A DNA stretch of 64,000 nt from Pseudomonadota bacterium (GCA_043767805.1 JAYUGC010000036.1:1-64000); one strand, 5' to 3'. Shown: positions 19,772 through 30,187, counted from the stretch's first letter. Notes: generated by a model not told the origin, from the sequence alone. Numbers and translations: made by a program.

Positions 19772-19992
19772 TCTAGTTCAGTCGGGGTGATGAAGGGAAA
19801 AAATCTTAGTTCAGAGTCGATTATTCGTCTTTTTTCGGGGCTTTGAGGACAAACGGCAGGAAGAGGTTCCCGGCCCGGAGAAAGAGAGGATGCTCAGAAA
19901 CGTCTCAGTGTTCTTTTTACGGTTCTCAGTTCGAGAACGCGGACCGTTCGCAAACGCCGGCTGTCGTGACCCACACCTGCAAGTACTAGAAT

Positions 19993-20029
19993 AAAAAAGG
20001 CCCCCTTACCATCCGGCAAGGGGACCTTT
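19993..20029 (-). terminator. Intrinsic terminator downstream of the 588-aa gene
   Basis: aaagg-ccccctt...aagggg-acc-ttt imperfect stem with A-run. Confidence 0.6.
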
Positions 20030-20048
20030 CGTTTGAATAGGGGCTACC

Positions 20049-21815
20049 TTAGTTCTTCGGAGCGATCGTCACGGGAGCCGGCTTCGGCTTGGACGGGCTC
20101 AGGTAAGGAAGGTAGTTCTCGGTGATGACGTTGAAGTCGAACAAGTAGGTCCGGTTCATTTGGAACTGGGGACGCTCTTCGTTCGGCTTGTGGACGATGT
20201 TGACCGTGAGGTCGTTCGCCGCGCCGCCGGGGGCAGCCGGAGCCGCCATCGATTCCATGGCCGCGCCACGAGCGAAGCTCTTGTTGTGCATCGCCGGCTG
20301 TCCTACGCGAATGTCGACCAAGTGCGCGTTGGTGAAGCCGTGGGCCCGGGCGTCTTGCGCGAGGGGACCATTGGCATTCAACACGTAAGCGGTCGCATTT
20401 TCCCGCGCCGCGATGGCGAGGGTGCGCTTGGTGGCTTCGGAGACCTGACCGGTCACATCACTGACCGCGACCCGGGTTTCGTCGGTGCGGAGCGTGGAGG
20501 TGTTGTACCGGGCCTGGAGCTTCTCAGCCAAGTCGAGCAGGGCGTTGAAGTCTTTCGACTTCAAAGCAAACGACCGGTCCACCGACCAGAAAGATGGAAG
20601 ATCGTTCGTGTTGCCGCTCGCCGGAGCGTCGATGAGATCGTTCGTGCAGGTGTTCAGGTAACGGATGGCCGGAGAGTTCGGCTTGGTCACGTCCCATTCC
20701 ACGGGCTGGTAAGGGAAGTACTCTTGCGGATTGCCGGCTTCGTTGTTCTCGAACCGGTCGGACTCCGTCGCGGGGCGCGTGCCCTGGAACGTGCGGAGAT
20801 CCTTCAAGAGGTCGGTGGCCAACGGATCGAGCGCCTGAGCCGCGTTCGCCTTCGTCGTCTGGCAAACCACGTTGAGGCTCGCGTTCACTTCGCCGAAATC
20901 GGCGTCGGTGGTCGCTTTGCCGGTGATCTCGTACTCGGAGCGGATGCCTTCGACTTTGGAGTTGGTCGCGTCGATGAGGTCCTTCGCTTCGGAGTAGATC
21001 GTGTAGACGAGCGGCAGCTCGAGGGTCACTTTAGGAGCCTGGCCGCGCGTTACCGCGTTGCCGACGACCGGAGAGTAGCCCGCAGGATACGCCGCGTGGT
21101 GACCGAGATAATGCGCATTCTTGAATTTCAGCGTGCGCAGGTCGCTCGCGAACTTGCTGTTCGTGCCCGTCGCTTCGAGACGCGCTTTATTGAGCGTGTC
21201 GGCGAGCATTTCGCGCTTGGTGTTCTCGGTGACGTCGTAAGAGATGGGGGTGGTCGAGATCTTCACGGAGTCCCGGGCCTTGCTCTGCGCAATGGCTTGA
21301 ACGCTTTTCAGCAAACCTTCGACGAAGTCGAGATCGTCGGTACGGATACCGAAGCGCTGGCTACCGGCGTACACCGTCGCGGTTTTGGCTCTGAGCGCGA
21401 TCTCCTTGCCCGCGCAAACGTCGATACGCTTCACGGTACCCGCGACCACAACGTTGTTGCTGTTGCGAGTGGGCTGGGTGACCTGGAGGCGAGAGCCGGC
21501 AATTTCGGAGATGCCGCCGATGTTGCCCCAGTAGGGCTTCCGTTTTTCGGTCTGAGCCGCGGTGTTGTTCGCAATCGACTTCCACACGTTTCCGCTGACC
21601 GCTTCGATGACTTTACGGACGTCGTCGGCGGACTGGCGGCAGGTCACCTGAAAGGTGAACCAGACTTCGCCGAATTCCGGCGGCTTTTCGGCCAAGCCCG
21701 AGCCTTCATAGCTGAGGCGGGCGACGCGAGGGTCGGTCGTATCGGCGACAGCGCCGTTAAGAGAGATGAGACTCGCCAGGATCAAAAATCCGGCGGTCAT
21801 GCGTTTCGTATTCAT
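20049..21815 (-). CDS. Secreted protein, probably two tandem SIMPL (DUF541)-like domains
   Basis: Signal peptide; internal duplication YEGSGLAEKPPEFGEV / YEITGKATTDADFGEV; ARGAAMESMAAPAAP tail. Confidence 0.6.
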   Translation of the reverse strand: MNTKRMTAGFLILASLISLNGAVADTTDPRVARLSYEGSGLAEKPPEFGEVWFTFQVTCRQSADDVRKVIEAVSGNVWKSIANNTAAQTEKRKPYWGNIGGISEIAGSRLQVTQPTRNSNNVVVAGTVKRIDVCAGKEIALRAKTATVYAGSQRFGIRTDDLDFVEGLLKSVQAIAQSKARDSVKISTTPISYDVTENTKREMLADTLNKARLEATGTNSKFASDLRTLKFKNAHYLGHHAAYPAGYSPVVGNAVTRGQAPKVTLELPLVYTIYSEAKDLIDATNSKVEGIRSEYEITGKATTDADFGEVNASLNVVCQTTKANAAQALDPLATDLLKDLRTFQGTRPATESDRFENNEAGNPQEYFPYQPVEWDVTKPNSPAIRYLNTCTNDLIDAPASGNTNDLPSFWSVDRSFALKSKDFNALLDLAEKLQARYNTSTLRTDETRVAVSDVTGQVSEATKRTLAIAARENATAYVLNANGPLAQDARAHGFTNAHLVDIRVGQPAMHNKSFARGAAMESMAAPAAPGGAANDLTVNIVHKPNEERPQFQMNRTYLFDFNVITENYLPYLSPSKPKPAPVTIAPKN

Positions 21816-22036
21816 TCGTTCCTCCTAGGAACCGGGTTTTAAAGTGCCCCTAAGGTTTAGTGGTCCATGTCGCCGTGCGCAATGTCTTAAATGGTAAGTT
21901 TTCTTAAAAACGTTCACTGATTTGTGAACGATCCTCCTCGCGGAACGTGAAAAATTGCGAACGACATTCCTGAAAAGACTTCACTTCCCGGTGGCTTGTC
22001 CTGTTGCCAGTCTGGGACACACGGGAGGATCGAAAC

Positions 22037-22729
22037 ATGCTTGTTCCAAAACGGATCTTGGTTTTTATTTTTTTCATGGCTGGGCTTGGAGCGAGCGCGG
22101 CCGATCAGGGGCAACTGATTCCCATCGATAAGCCGTGGAAACGGGCGGTGGTGGATTTCGCCGCAAAACATCTCCAGCACTCCGCCTGGGGTTTCGGCCA
22201 CTCGCAAAGAAATCTGCTTCTCTCTTTGAGTCTAGCGCGCGAGGAGGGTTTGACCGTGGATGCCGACGTGCTTTTTGCGGCCGCCTTCCTTCACGACATG
22301 GGTGGCTTCCCGGCGTTCGAAAAAAAAGGCGTGGACCACGCCGTTCGCTCGGCCGAGTTGGTCGACACGATTCTGAAGTCAGCCGGCTTCCCCATGGAAA
22401 AACTGGAAGCCGTGAAGGGCACCATTCTCGCTCACACGTATTACAATCCGAAACCGCCCGCGACACCGGAAGAAACGGTGTTTCGCGACGCCGACGTCCT
22501 CGATTTCATCGGCGCCATGGGGATTGCGCGGATCTTGTCGGTAACGGAGCGCGAGAGTTTTACGCCCACCCTCAAAGACGCGGTCGCGGCGGTGGGGCAG
22601 ATGCGCGGCTCCATGCCGGCCAAGCTCACGACTAAAGTGGCCCGCAAGGAAGGCGTCACGCGAGTAGCTGAAATGGACGCGTATTTTCGCGCGCTCGGGC
22701 GGGAAGCTTTCGGCAATCGTCTGTACTGA
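22037..22729 (+). CDS. HD-domain phosphohydrolase with signal peptide
   Basis: H..R, AAFLHDMG, DHA, AH, DADVLD. Confidence 0.82.
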   Translation: MLVPKRILVFIFFMAGLGASAADQGQLIPIDKPWKRAVVDFAAKHLQHSAWGFGHSQRNLLLSLSLAREEGLTVDADVLFAAAFLHDMGGFPAFEKKGVDHAVRSAELVDTILKSAGFPMEKLEAVKGTILAHTYYNPKPPATPEETVFRDADVLDFIGAMGIARILSVTERESFTPTLKDAVAAVGQMRGSMPAKLTTKVARKEGVTRVAEMDAYFRALGREAFGNRLY

Positions 22730-22769
22730 GAACTACACGGCGGGAAAAAATCGGGTTAAGACTTAAAGG

Positions 22770-23882
22770 ATGCGGCTTCCTCCTTTTATCCTGGAACGGT
22801 ATCTGGCCGAACGCGAGTTCGTGGCGCCCCTGGTGCTTTGCGCGTCGGACTGCGAGTCTCGTTCTTTAAGTGAAATTCTGGACCTCGAGCCGGGAAGCCG
22901 GGAAAAATTCGAGATGCTTTGGCTGGGCTACACCGAAGCGCCCGGGCACCCCGAGCTGCGCAAAGGCATTGCCTCGCTTTACGAAACCATTCGCCCCCAG
23001 AACGTGCTCACCTTCGCGGGAGCGGAAGAGGCTATCTTTACCTTCATGAACGTGGTGCTCGGCAAGGGCGATCACGCGATCATTCATTGGCCCTGCTACC
23101 AGTCGCTCTTTCAGGTGGCAGAGAGCGCGGGCTGCGAGATCACTCGCTGGGAAGCCGATCCTGACGATGGCTGGCGCTTGAGTCTCGACGCTTTAAAGCA
23201 ATCGCTTCGGCCTAATACGAAGGCGGTCATTCTCAATAGCCCACACAATCCGACGGGCTATCTCATGAAGCCCCAGGAAATTCGCGAAGTCGCCCGAGTC
23301 GTGGAGAATCACGGCGCGATCTTATTCGTCGACGAAGTGTACAAGGGACTCGAGTATGACCCGGGCTCGGCGCTTACTTCCGGCTGCGATCTCGCTCCCT
23401 CGGCCGTCACGCTCGGAGTCATGTCGAAAAGCTTGGGTCTCGCCGGGCTTCGGATCGGCTGGCTCGCCACTAGAAATACGGCGCTTCTGGAAAAACTCGC
23501 GAGTTACAAGGATTACACTTCCATCTGCAATAGCGCCCCGAGCGAGTTCCTCGCGACGATTGCGATTCGCCATAAGGGCGAGATCTTGAATCGCAATCGC
23601 GGCCTCATCGCCGACAACCTCGGTCTTCTCGACGCCTTCTTCTCCGACCACGCCGATAGCTTGAGCTGGGTCCGGCCCAAGGCGGGCTGTATCATTTTTC
23701 CAAAATGGAAAAAGGGAAGCACCGACCGGCTGTGCGAAAGCGTTTTGAAGGAGACAGGGGTTCTACTCGCGCCAAGCTCTAAGTTCGCTTTTGGCGATAG
23801 TCATTTCCGGATCGGCTATGGGCGGCGCAATTTCCCGGCGGCACTCGCGGCATTTCGGGGCTATCTCCAAAAAACGCGCTAG
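22770..23882 (+). CDS. PLP-dependent class I/II aminotransferase
   Basis: PHNPTG, DEVY, SKSLGLAGLRIGW. Confidence 0.9.
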   Translation: MRLPPFILERYLAEREFVAPLVLCASDCESRSLSEILDLEPGSREKFEMLWLGYTEAPGHPELRKGIASLYETIRPQNVLTFAGAEEAIFTFMNVVLGKGDHAIIHWPCYQSLFQVAESAGCEITRWEADPDDGWRLSLDALKQSLRPNTKAVILNSPHNPTGYLMKPQEIREVARVVENHGAILFVDEVYKGLEYDPGSALTSGCDLAPSAVTLGVMSKSLGLAGLRIGWLATRNTALLEKLASYKDYTSICNSAPSEFLATIAIRHKGEILNRNRGLIADNLGLLDAFFSDHADSLSWVRPKAGCIIFPKWKKGSTDRLCESVLKETGVLLAPSSKFAFGDSHFRIGYGRRNFPAALAAFRGYLQKTR

Positions 23883-24736
23883 TAGACGATTTCGGCTAAG
23901 CGGGCGCGCACGCGTTTGATTTCGGTGTCCAGGGGGAACGAAGCTTCTCCCGCCTCGGAGATCTCTTTCCTTCGTTCGATGTAGTGGCGGAGCAACCGCC
24001 GTAAAGTAGCCGCCGCCTGCTCGGGCCGATTTGCTTTGAGATGACTATCCGCCAAGAGATCGTAAGCGGGAATCAGGTCGGGACTGAACTTGATGGCTTC
24101 TCTAAGGTAGGAAATGGCTCGCTCTGGACTGCCTTCTTCGAGCTCCAGAGATCCCAGCGCCATTTTTGCATGCCCGTTCTCAGGATTACGCGCGCTCAAT
24201 CCTTGAAAGAAGGCGAGCCCTTCTCGCACCGAACGAGTCTCGGCGTAAAGCTCGGTCAGGCCGGCCATGATGTCAGGCCGATCGGGATTGCCTTGGAGCG
24301 CCAGGCGAAAATATTGCTCCGCTCGTTGAGGGTCGTCGAGGCGGTGGCGAAAGAGGAGCGCTAAAGTGTTAGCGGTGTGCACGTTCCCGGGATTGGCTTT
24401 GAGCATGCCGAGGAGCAGGTCTCTCGCTTCCTCGAACTTTCCGGCCTCGATGAGGTCCGTGACCCGGTTCATTTCCGAGGGAACGCAATCCGGATCGGAG
24501 CGATTGGGATTGCAGCTTTCCACTCCCTGGGGAACGTCGGTGAGCTTTACGCCGGGACGGACCGGGGCGCGAGGACGGGGCTCGGGCAGGGCGAGCTGGA
24601 GCGGCGCAGTCGAGGCCATTTGCGTGCGGGTCGCGCGATCTTCCGTGACCTTTCCAATCCACGGCAAAAGCGAGATGAGATATACGCAGCCGAGCAGAAT
24701 CCCTATTAAGGTTAAGGTGCGCAAAGCTCGGGTCAT
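23879..24736 (-). CDS. Membrane-anchored TPR protein
   Basis: N-terminal TM; TPR-like repeats (A..Y...AL...P). Confidence 0.75.
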   Translation of the reverse strand: MTRALRTLTLIGILLGCVYLISLLPWIGKVTEDRATRTQMASTAPLQLALPEPRPRAPVRPGVKLTDVPQGVESCNPNRSDPDCVPSEMNRVTDLIEAGKFEEARDLLLGMLKANPGNVHTANTLALLFRHRLDDPQRAEQYFRLALQGNPDRPDIMAGLTELYAETRSVREGLAFFQGLSARNPENGHAKMALGSLELEEGSPERAISYLREAIKFSPDLIPAYDLLADSHLKANRPEQAAATLRRLLRHYIERRKEISEAGEASFPLDTEIKRVRARLAEIVY

Positions 24737-24822
24737 CTCCGATCCATAACAGCCGGACGGCAAAGGTGCCACGCTAAAACCTAACGCTCAGTACCACGCC
24801 CACACCTAAGTATAATGCGTTC

Positions 24823-26013
24823 ATGAGTCATTTGACATCCTGGGTAGGTTTTGGAAGAGAAAAGGCCGCGAGTGATCTGCATCTCGAGCCCGGCTCCCCT
24901 CTGGTTTTGAGAATCCGGGGCGAGCTGGTGACGGTCGGTGAAACGCTCACTTCGGACGGAACTCAGCAAGCCGCGAAAGAGATCATGGGGTCCTCGCGGT
25001 GGCAGGAATTCCTCCAGCAGCGATCCGCGGATTTCTCGCACACGCTCGCGGGTGTCCGTTGCCGGGTGCACGTGTACCAAACGCTTCACGGCGTGAGTCT
25101 AGCGGTCCGGCTACTCTCCACGTTTCGCACCACGCTTTCGGAGTCCAACCTCCATCCGGACTTGGCGCGTTTCACTAAAGCCGAGACGGGTCTCGTGCTC
25201 ATGTGCGGTCCCACGGGAAGCGGAAAGTCCACGACGCTCGCGGCCTTTGTCGAGGAGATCAATCAGTCGCGGCGTGGCAACATCGTCACGGTGGAAAGCC
25301 CCATCGAGTACCATTTCAAGAACCGAAAATCGTTCATCCGGCAAAGAGAGGTGAACCATCACACTCCGAGCTTCGAGCAGGCCATCGTCGATTCGATGCG
25401 AGAGGATCCTGACGTTCTGGTCATCGGCGAGATGCGGACCCCCGATGTCATGCGGCTCACTTTGAACGCGGCTGAGACGGGGCATCTCGTTTTTTCGACC
25501 ATTCATTCCTCGTCCTGCGCGGAAGCCATTACGCGGCTCTGCATGTCGTTTCCGGCGGAACTCCAAAGTTCCATCAGCAATCAAGTCGCTGATTGTTTAG
25601 TGGGAGTGATTTGTCAGCGGCTCGTCTACTACCCGCAGTACAAGATCCGGGTGCCTCATTGTGAGATCCTAGTCGCCAACTCCGCGGTGAAGTCGGTCAT
25701 CCGGGCGGGGACGTTCAGCAAGATTCCGAACGCGATTCAAACCGGGGGCGACGAGGGCATGTGGACGTTCGATCGCTATAAGCGCTGGGCGGAACAAAAT
25801 ACGAACTGGTTAATTCCCTCGACGAAGCCCATCGAGGTCATCGAGGAAAGGGCCATTTCGGAAGCTCCCGTCTCGAAGCCTCAACAAAAATATAAGGTCT
25901 CCACTCCGGAGCTCGACGCGCGGCCCGAGCCAAAAGCCGTGGAGATAGCGGCGACCGACGACGATCTCGATGATCTTATCCAGCAAATGATCGATCCCAA
26001 AAAGAAGAAATAG
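24823..26013 (+). CDS. pilT: PilT/PilU-family type IV pilus ATPase
   Basis: ASDLHL, GPTGSGKST, ESPIEY, REDPDVLVIGEMR, TGHLVFSTIH. Confidence 0.85.
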   Translation: MSHLTSWVGFGREKAASDLHLEPGSPLVLRIRGELVTVGETLTSDGTQQAAKEIMGSSRWQEFLQQRSADFSHTLAGVRCRVHVYQTLHGVSLAVRLLSTFRTTLSESNLHPDLARFTKAETGLVLMCGPTGSGKSTTLAAFVEEINQSRRGNIVTVESPIEYHFKNRKSFIRQREVNHHTPSFEQAIVDSMREDPDVLVIGEMRTPDVMRLTLNAAETGHLVFSTIHSSSCAEAITRLCMSFPAELQSSISNQVADCLVGVICQRLVYYPQYKIRVPHCEILVANSAVKSVIRAGTFSKIPNAIQTGGDEGMWTFDRYKRWAEQNTNWLIPSTKPIEVIEERAISEAPVSKPQQKYKVSTPELDARPEPKAVEIAATDDDLDDLIQQMIDPKKKK

Positions 26014-26019
26014 GCCTAG

Positions 26020-26295
26020 TTATCGGCGCAGGTACTTCCAATCGAACACGAAAGTGCCGAAGGGCAAGATCGCCGCGAAGAAAGAGGCGACGAGCTTTTT
26101 CGCGGACCATTTCTCTGTCTGCGAAAGCTGAGTCGCGTGGAAGAAGTAGGCGATAAAGAGCATCCCGTGAATCCAGCCGATGAACTTCACGCCAAGGGGT
26201 TGGCCGTACATATACTTGAGTGGCATCCCCACCCCGAGCAGGAGCAGGAACGATACCCCTTCCGCAATGCCGATCGCCCGAAACCGTTGGTGCAT
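26020..26295 (-). CDS. DUF3817 membrane protein
   Basis: FRAIGIAEGVS, MPLKY, GWIHG, PFGTF. Confidence 0.85.
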   Translation of the reverse strand: MHQRFRAIGIAEGVSFLLLLGVGMPLKYMYGQPLGVKFIGWIHGMLFIAYFFHATQLSQTEKWSAKKLVASFFAAILPFGTFVFDWKYLRR

Positions 26296-26317
26296 GCCTT
26301 CTCCTCTTAAAAGGTGG

Positions 26318-26815
26318 TTAGTACCTTTTAAGAGATTCGAGGTCGAGAAGGAAGCGTTTCGTGTCGAGCCCTCCCGCGAAACCGGTGAGCTTGCCGCTCG
26401 AGCCGACGACGCGGTGGCAGGGGACGAAGATCGAGAGGGGATTGCGGCCATTGGCCGCGCCTACCGCGCGCGCAGATTTGGGAAGCCCCATGGCGCGGGC
26501 TTGCTCACCGTAGCTGACCGTTTTGCCGTAGGGGATTTGTCTCAAAGCGAGCCACGCTTTTTGCTGGAACTCGGTGCCGTGGGGATCGAGCGGCAAATCG
26601 AACTCGTGGCGCTTTCCCGCGAAGTACTCGGCGAGCTGGGTCTTGGCCTTCTTAAATAGTGGGATTCTCTCGCCGCGAGTGAGGGCGGGCAGGCGCACCC
26701 GGCCCTCGCGCTCCCTCTGCCAGAGTACCGCGCGGAGGGCGTGCTTGGTACCCACCAACCGAAGGTTGCCCACCGGGGAATCGAGATCGTCGAAAAGAAG
26801 CTCGTCGGTTTTCAT
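26318..26815 (-). CDS. ogt: Methylated-DNA-protein-cysteine methyltransferase
   Basis: GTEFQ, IPYG, ARAVG, PCHRV. Confidence 0.93.
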   Translation of the reverse strand: MKTDELLFDDLDSPVGNLRLVGTKHALRAVLWQREREGRVRLPALTRGERIPLFKKAKTQLAEYFAGKRHEFDLPLDPHGTEFQQKAWLALRQIPYGKTVSYGEQARAMGLPKSARAVGAANGRNPLSIFVPCHRVVGSSGKLTGFAGGLDTKRFLLDLESLKRY

Positions 26816-28278
26816 TTCGTCTTTCCTTTTTTCATGGGGACCGCGGTCATCGCCGCCTTCCACAAATAATGAGTGGCGTAAGCGCGCCACGGTTGCCAGC
26901 CTTGCGCTCGCGTACCGGCCTTTTGCTTTTTCAGCTCCCGTCCCAATATCAGATCGGTCTCGGGAAACGCGTCGGGATCTCTTAACGCGCGCATGGCGAT
27001 GTACTCCGCGGTCCAAGGGCCAATTCCACGAATGGCGAGTAGAGCCGCCCGTTGCTCCGAGCCGTCGGAGGCGGGCGATAAGCGCACTTTGCCTTCGACT
27101 ACCGCCTGGGAAAGCGCCACGAGCGCCGCCGCTTTGGTGCGCGGCACGCCGAAGGTCGCCGGATCGGCCTTCGCTAGCCGAAGCGGAGTCGGAAAAAGAT
27201 GAAGTAGTTTCGACGCGGTCTCGAACCGTAGCGGCTTTCCATAACGCACGACGATTCTGCCCAAAGACGTGCAAGCTCCTCGAATGGAAACCTGCTGGCC
27301 CATGATGGCGCGGATGGCGACCTCATAGCCGTCCCAGCCGCCGGGCACTCGCAAGCCGGGAGTCAGCTCGATAAGCTTTTTTAACGGTAAATCCTGGCTC
27401 AAATGAGTAGAGATCGTGAGTGGGTCCGCTTCGAGATCAAAAAGAAAGCGTACCTTCTCAACGATATCCAGCAGGGAAGTGCCGACCGCTCCGTGGAGAG
27501 ATAATTCGAGGAGGCTAGCTTCGGGCTTCGGCCGGACGGAGAGAAACCCAGGCACTCCGTTCGCTTCAAACGTCCTCGAGTACACGCCTTCCTCGAAGGT
27601 CTCGATTCCCGCAATGGCGTGGCTCGAAAGAAACGCAAACATGTCGTCCCAAGCAAGCGGAGGCCGATAGGGAAGTCGCAGGACTAACGCGGTGTCGGTT
27701 TTTTCCTTGGGACCGCGCTTTTGGCGCGCCTCCGTCGGAGAGCGATGAAAGCGTTTCTTGAAGGCGTCATTGAACCGGCGCACGGACTCAAAGCCCGCGT
27801 TGAAAGCGATTTCGGTCATGGGAAGGCTCGTCTCATCGACGAGCTGGCGCGCGAAATCGAGCCGGCGTAGAAGCGCTACGGCATGGGGTGGAGCGCCGAG
27901 ATGCTCTACGAAGAGCCGGCTCAGATGCCGTTCGGTAACGCCGAACTGATCCGCTAAAGCAGGGAGGCCCTCTCTGTCGAGTGCGCCTAGGCTGATGAGC
28001 CTCAAAGCACGCGAGACGGTGGCCGTCGTGCCGAGCCAAGCCGGTGTTCCCGGGCTGGTTTCGGGGCGGCAACGAAAACAGGGGCGGAATCCCGCTTCTT
28101 CCGCCGCGGCGGCGGTTTGAAAGAAGGCAACGTTCTTCTTGTGGGGCGTGCGCGCGGGACAAATGGGTCGGCAGTAAATTCCCGTGGTGGTGACGCCAAA
28201 AAAAACCCGCCCGTCGAAGCGGCGGTCTTTCGTGACTAGAGCCCGGTAGAAGGGGCTTTGAGGAGAGGTCCTTGCCAT
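26812..28278 (-). CDS. alkA: Ada-AlkA fusion (Ada Zn domain, AraC HTH, 3-methyladenine glycosylase)
   Basis: GIYCRPIC, GFRPCFRC, GQQVS, HhH GIGPWTA, WRAYA. Confidence 0.92.
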   Translation of the reverse strand: MARTSPQSPFYRALVTKDRRFDGRVFFGVTTTGIYCRPICPARTPHKKNVAFFQTAAAAEEAGFRPCFRCRPETSPGTPAWLGTTATVSRALRLISLGALDREGLPALADQFGVTERHLSRLFVEHLGAPPHAVALLRRLDFARQLVDETSLPMTEIAFNAGFESVRRFNDAFKKRFHRSPTEARQKRGPKEKTDTALVLRLPYRPPLAWDDMFAFLSSHAIAGIETFEEGVYSRTFEANGVPGFLSVRPKPEASLLELSLHGAVGTSLLDIVEKVRFLFDLEADPLTISTHLSQDLPLKKLIELTPGLRVPGGWDGYEVAIRAIMGQQVSIRGACTSLGRIVVRYGKPLRFETASKLLHLFPTPLRLAKADPATFGVPRTKAAALVALSQAVVEGKVRLSPASDGSEQRAALLAIRGIGPWTAEYIAMRALRDPDAFPETDLILGRELKKQKAGTRAQGWQPWRAYATHYLWKAAMTAVPMKKGKTK

Positions 28279-28345
28279 GACTCATACATAGCAGACCGCG
28301 CGGCCAAGGACTGGCCATTTTCGGACATGAATGGAAACGCGCGGT

Positions 28346-29083
28346 TTAGGGCCGACGGCTCCAAACGCCCAGAATGGATTTTCCCAGGCGATGGCCGAAG
28401 AGAGGATCGAAGATCCGAGATAGCGGAATGAACACGCGATCCCAAAGGGTGATTTGCCATTCGGTGGGATTGGCTTCCCGGAGCAGCAGACGATTCACCA
28501 AAGACAGCGTCATGCCGACGCTATCGAGGTACTCGAGCTTTTCTTGGTGAAGGCCTTTGGGAACCGCGGCGCTCAAGGAGGCTTTGGTGTAGCGGCGAAA
28601 ATGTCCGACGGCTTTATCGAAGGCGGAGTAGAGGCTCGGATGAGCCGGAGATAGGACGACGACGTGGCCCATGGGTGTCAGATGAGCGAGAGCGCGCGCC
28701 ATCTCTTCTCCGTCGCGCTCGATGTGTTCCAAGACGTCGATGTAGAGGATCGTATCGAATGTTTCAGAAGGCGCGAGATCGGCGAGCGTGCCTTGGCGGC
28801 ATTCTACTTTTTTTGTCCACGAGTCCGAGCGGGATTTCAGTTCCTCGCAGTTGGCGGGATCGGGCTCCAAGCAAACCCAGTTCGCCCCCGAGTCACCGGC
28901 GAGAATCTGCGTGTTGGCGCCGATGCCCGCTCCAACTTCGAGCACTTTCTTTCCCAAGTAAGGCTTCAGGCGCGCCCGGAAATAGCGCTTCCAGTTCACG
29001 GCGAGCTGAAACGTCGTCAACTCTTCGCCTTGGTAGAATTTTGATTCTTTTGTCACAGCGGCGGCTTTCATGGCGGTGTTCAC
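28346..29083 (-). CDS. Class I SAM methyltransferase
   Basis: VLEVGAGIG, YIDVLEHIE, GHFRRY. Confidence 0.85.
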   Translation of the reverse strand: MNTAMKAAAVTKESKFYQGEELTTFQLAVNWKRYFRARLKPYLGKKVLEVGAGIGANTQILAGDSGANWVCLEPDPANCEELKSRSDSWTKKVECRQGTLADLAPSETFDTILYIDVLEHIERDGEEMARALAHLTPMGHVVVLSPAHPSLYSAFDKAVGHFRRYTKASLSAAVPKGLHQEKLEYLDSVGMTLSLVNRLLLREANPTEWQITLWDRVFIPLSRIFDPLFGHRLGKSILGVWSRRP

Positions 29084-30117
29084 GCTTTCCGGGCTTTTTT
29101 AGAGGGTCGTAGGGTGGCTGCTTCGAGCACGGGCCAGACGTGTCGGATTTCATCGACGAAATTTTGGTACCCAAGGGCCGGGATAAAGTTCGCGTTCACT
29201 CTCGCCTGCAGAAAGTGCAGAGCAAACAGCACGGTGATGATGAGGCTTCCCGTGCAAAAGCATAGCCCGATGACGGCCGTGAGAATCACCGAGAGAGGAA
29301 GCGAGTAGTCCCAGATGAATTGTCCTCCGACGGCCGCGCCGAACGCGGTGGCTCCAATGAGCTCTCCCAAGCCCGTCACGATAAGCATGCGCGCGACGAC
29401 CGTTTCGCTGAACACGGACAGAGCGCTCATGCCGTGATTCACGAGATCGATAAAGCGCATCTTCGATTCTCCCATGAGCCGTTTGGCGCGATGGGTGGGA
29501 ATCGTCGTGTAGGCAAGGCGAGTCTTCAAGACCGCCGCCGCATAGTGATTCCAAAGCTCGCTCGCGATGACCAGCTCATGCAGGAGCTCGGGCGGCAGCG
29601 CGCTAAAATTACCGAAGCGAATCGAGTGGCCCACCAGCAATTTGTGGAGCAAGCGGTAGCACTGATAGAAGAAACGAAAGACGGGGCCTTCCGAGCGGAG
29701 CGTCCGTTCGGCGAAAACGACTTTGGTTTGTCCCGTGGTTTCGAGCTCGCTCAGGAGTCTCGGAATGTCCTGGGGCGAGTCCTCACCGTCCGCGTCCATG
29801 ACGACGACCGGTAACGCGGGAGTCAGCTGAGCCAAGTGAGAGAGTCCGACGGCCAAGGCCCGTTGGTGGCCCAGGTTTCTCCGCAGCCGAAGGATTTGCA
29901 CGTCTCTCAGCGCCGAGTCCTCGGGGAGAGTCGGCGGAAGCGCGAAAGGCTGCTTTGAGCTATCGTCGACGATCCAAACTTCCGCGGTGAGCTCGTTCGC
30001 CCGCAACACAGTGTCCACATTTTGAAGCAGTTTTCCCACCGCTTCCCAATCATTGAAGACCGGGATGAGCAGCCGGAAACTCTTTGCGGCCGAAGGGGGT
30101 GCCACTTTCGAAATCAC
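29080..30117 (-). CDS. GT2 glycosyltransferase with C-terminal TM helices
   Basis: LIPVFND, VDD, NLGHQRAL, MDADGED; GTG start with GGAG RBS. Confidence 0.85.
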   Translation of the reverse strand: MISKVAPPSAAKSFRLLIPVFNDWEAVGKLLQNVDTVLRANELTAEVWIVDDSSKQPFALPPTLPEDSALRDVQILRLRRNLGHQRALAVGLSHLAQLTPALPVVVMDADGEDSPQDIPRLLSELETTGQTKVVFAERTLRSEGPVFRFFYQCYRLLHKLLVGHSIRFGNFSALPPELLHELVIASELWNHYAAAVLKTRLAYTTIPTHRAKRLMGESKMRFIDLVNHGMSALSVFSETVVARMLIVTGLGELIGATAFGAAVGGQFIWDYSLPLSVILTAVIGLCFCTGSLIITVLFALHFLQARVNANFIPALGYQNFVDEIRHVWPVLEAATLRPSKKARKA

Positions 30118-30171
30118 TCTATGTACTCCAAGGGTTCCCCACTCTATCGGCTTTTGGGAAACACCCCTTGA

Positions 30172-30187
30172 TGGCACCTCCTTTGCA
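30172..30187 (+). promoter_or_regulatory. Sigma54-type promoter
   Basis: TGGCACCTCCTTTGCA, near-consensus, 27 nt before ATG 30214. Confidence 0.65.

Noticed and set aside
20160..21842. 560-aa plus-strand ORF
   Set aside because: Antisense shadow of the 588-aa secreted protein, which has the signal peptide, RBS and terminator
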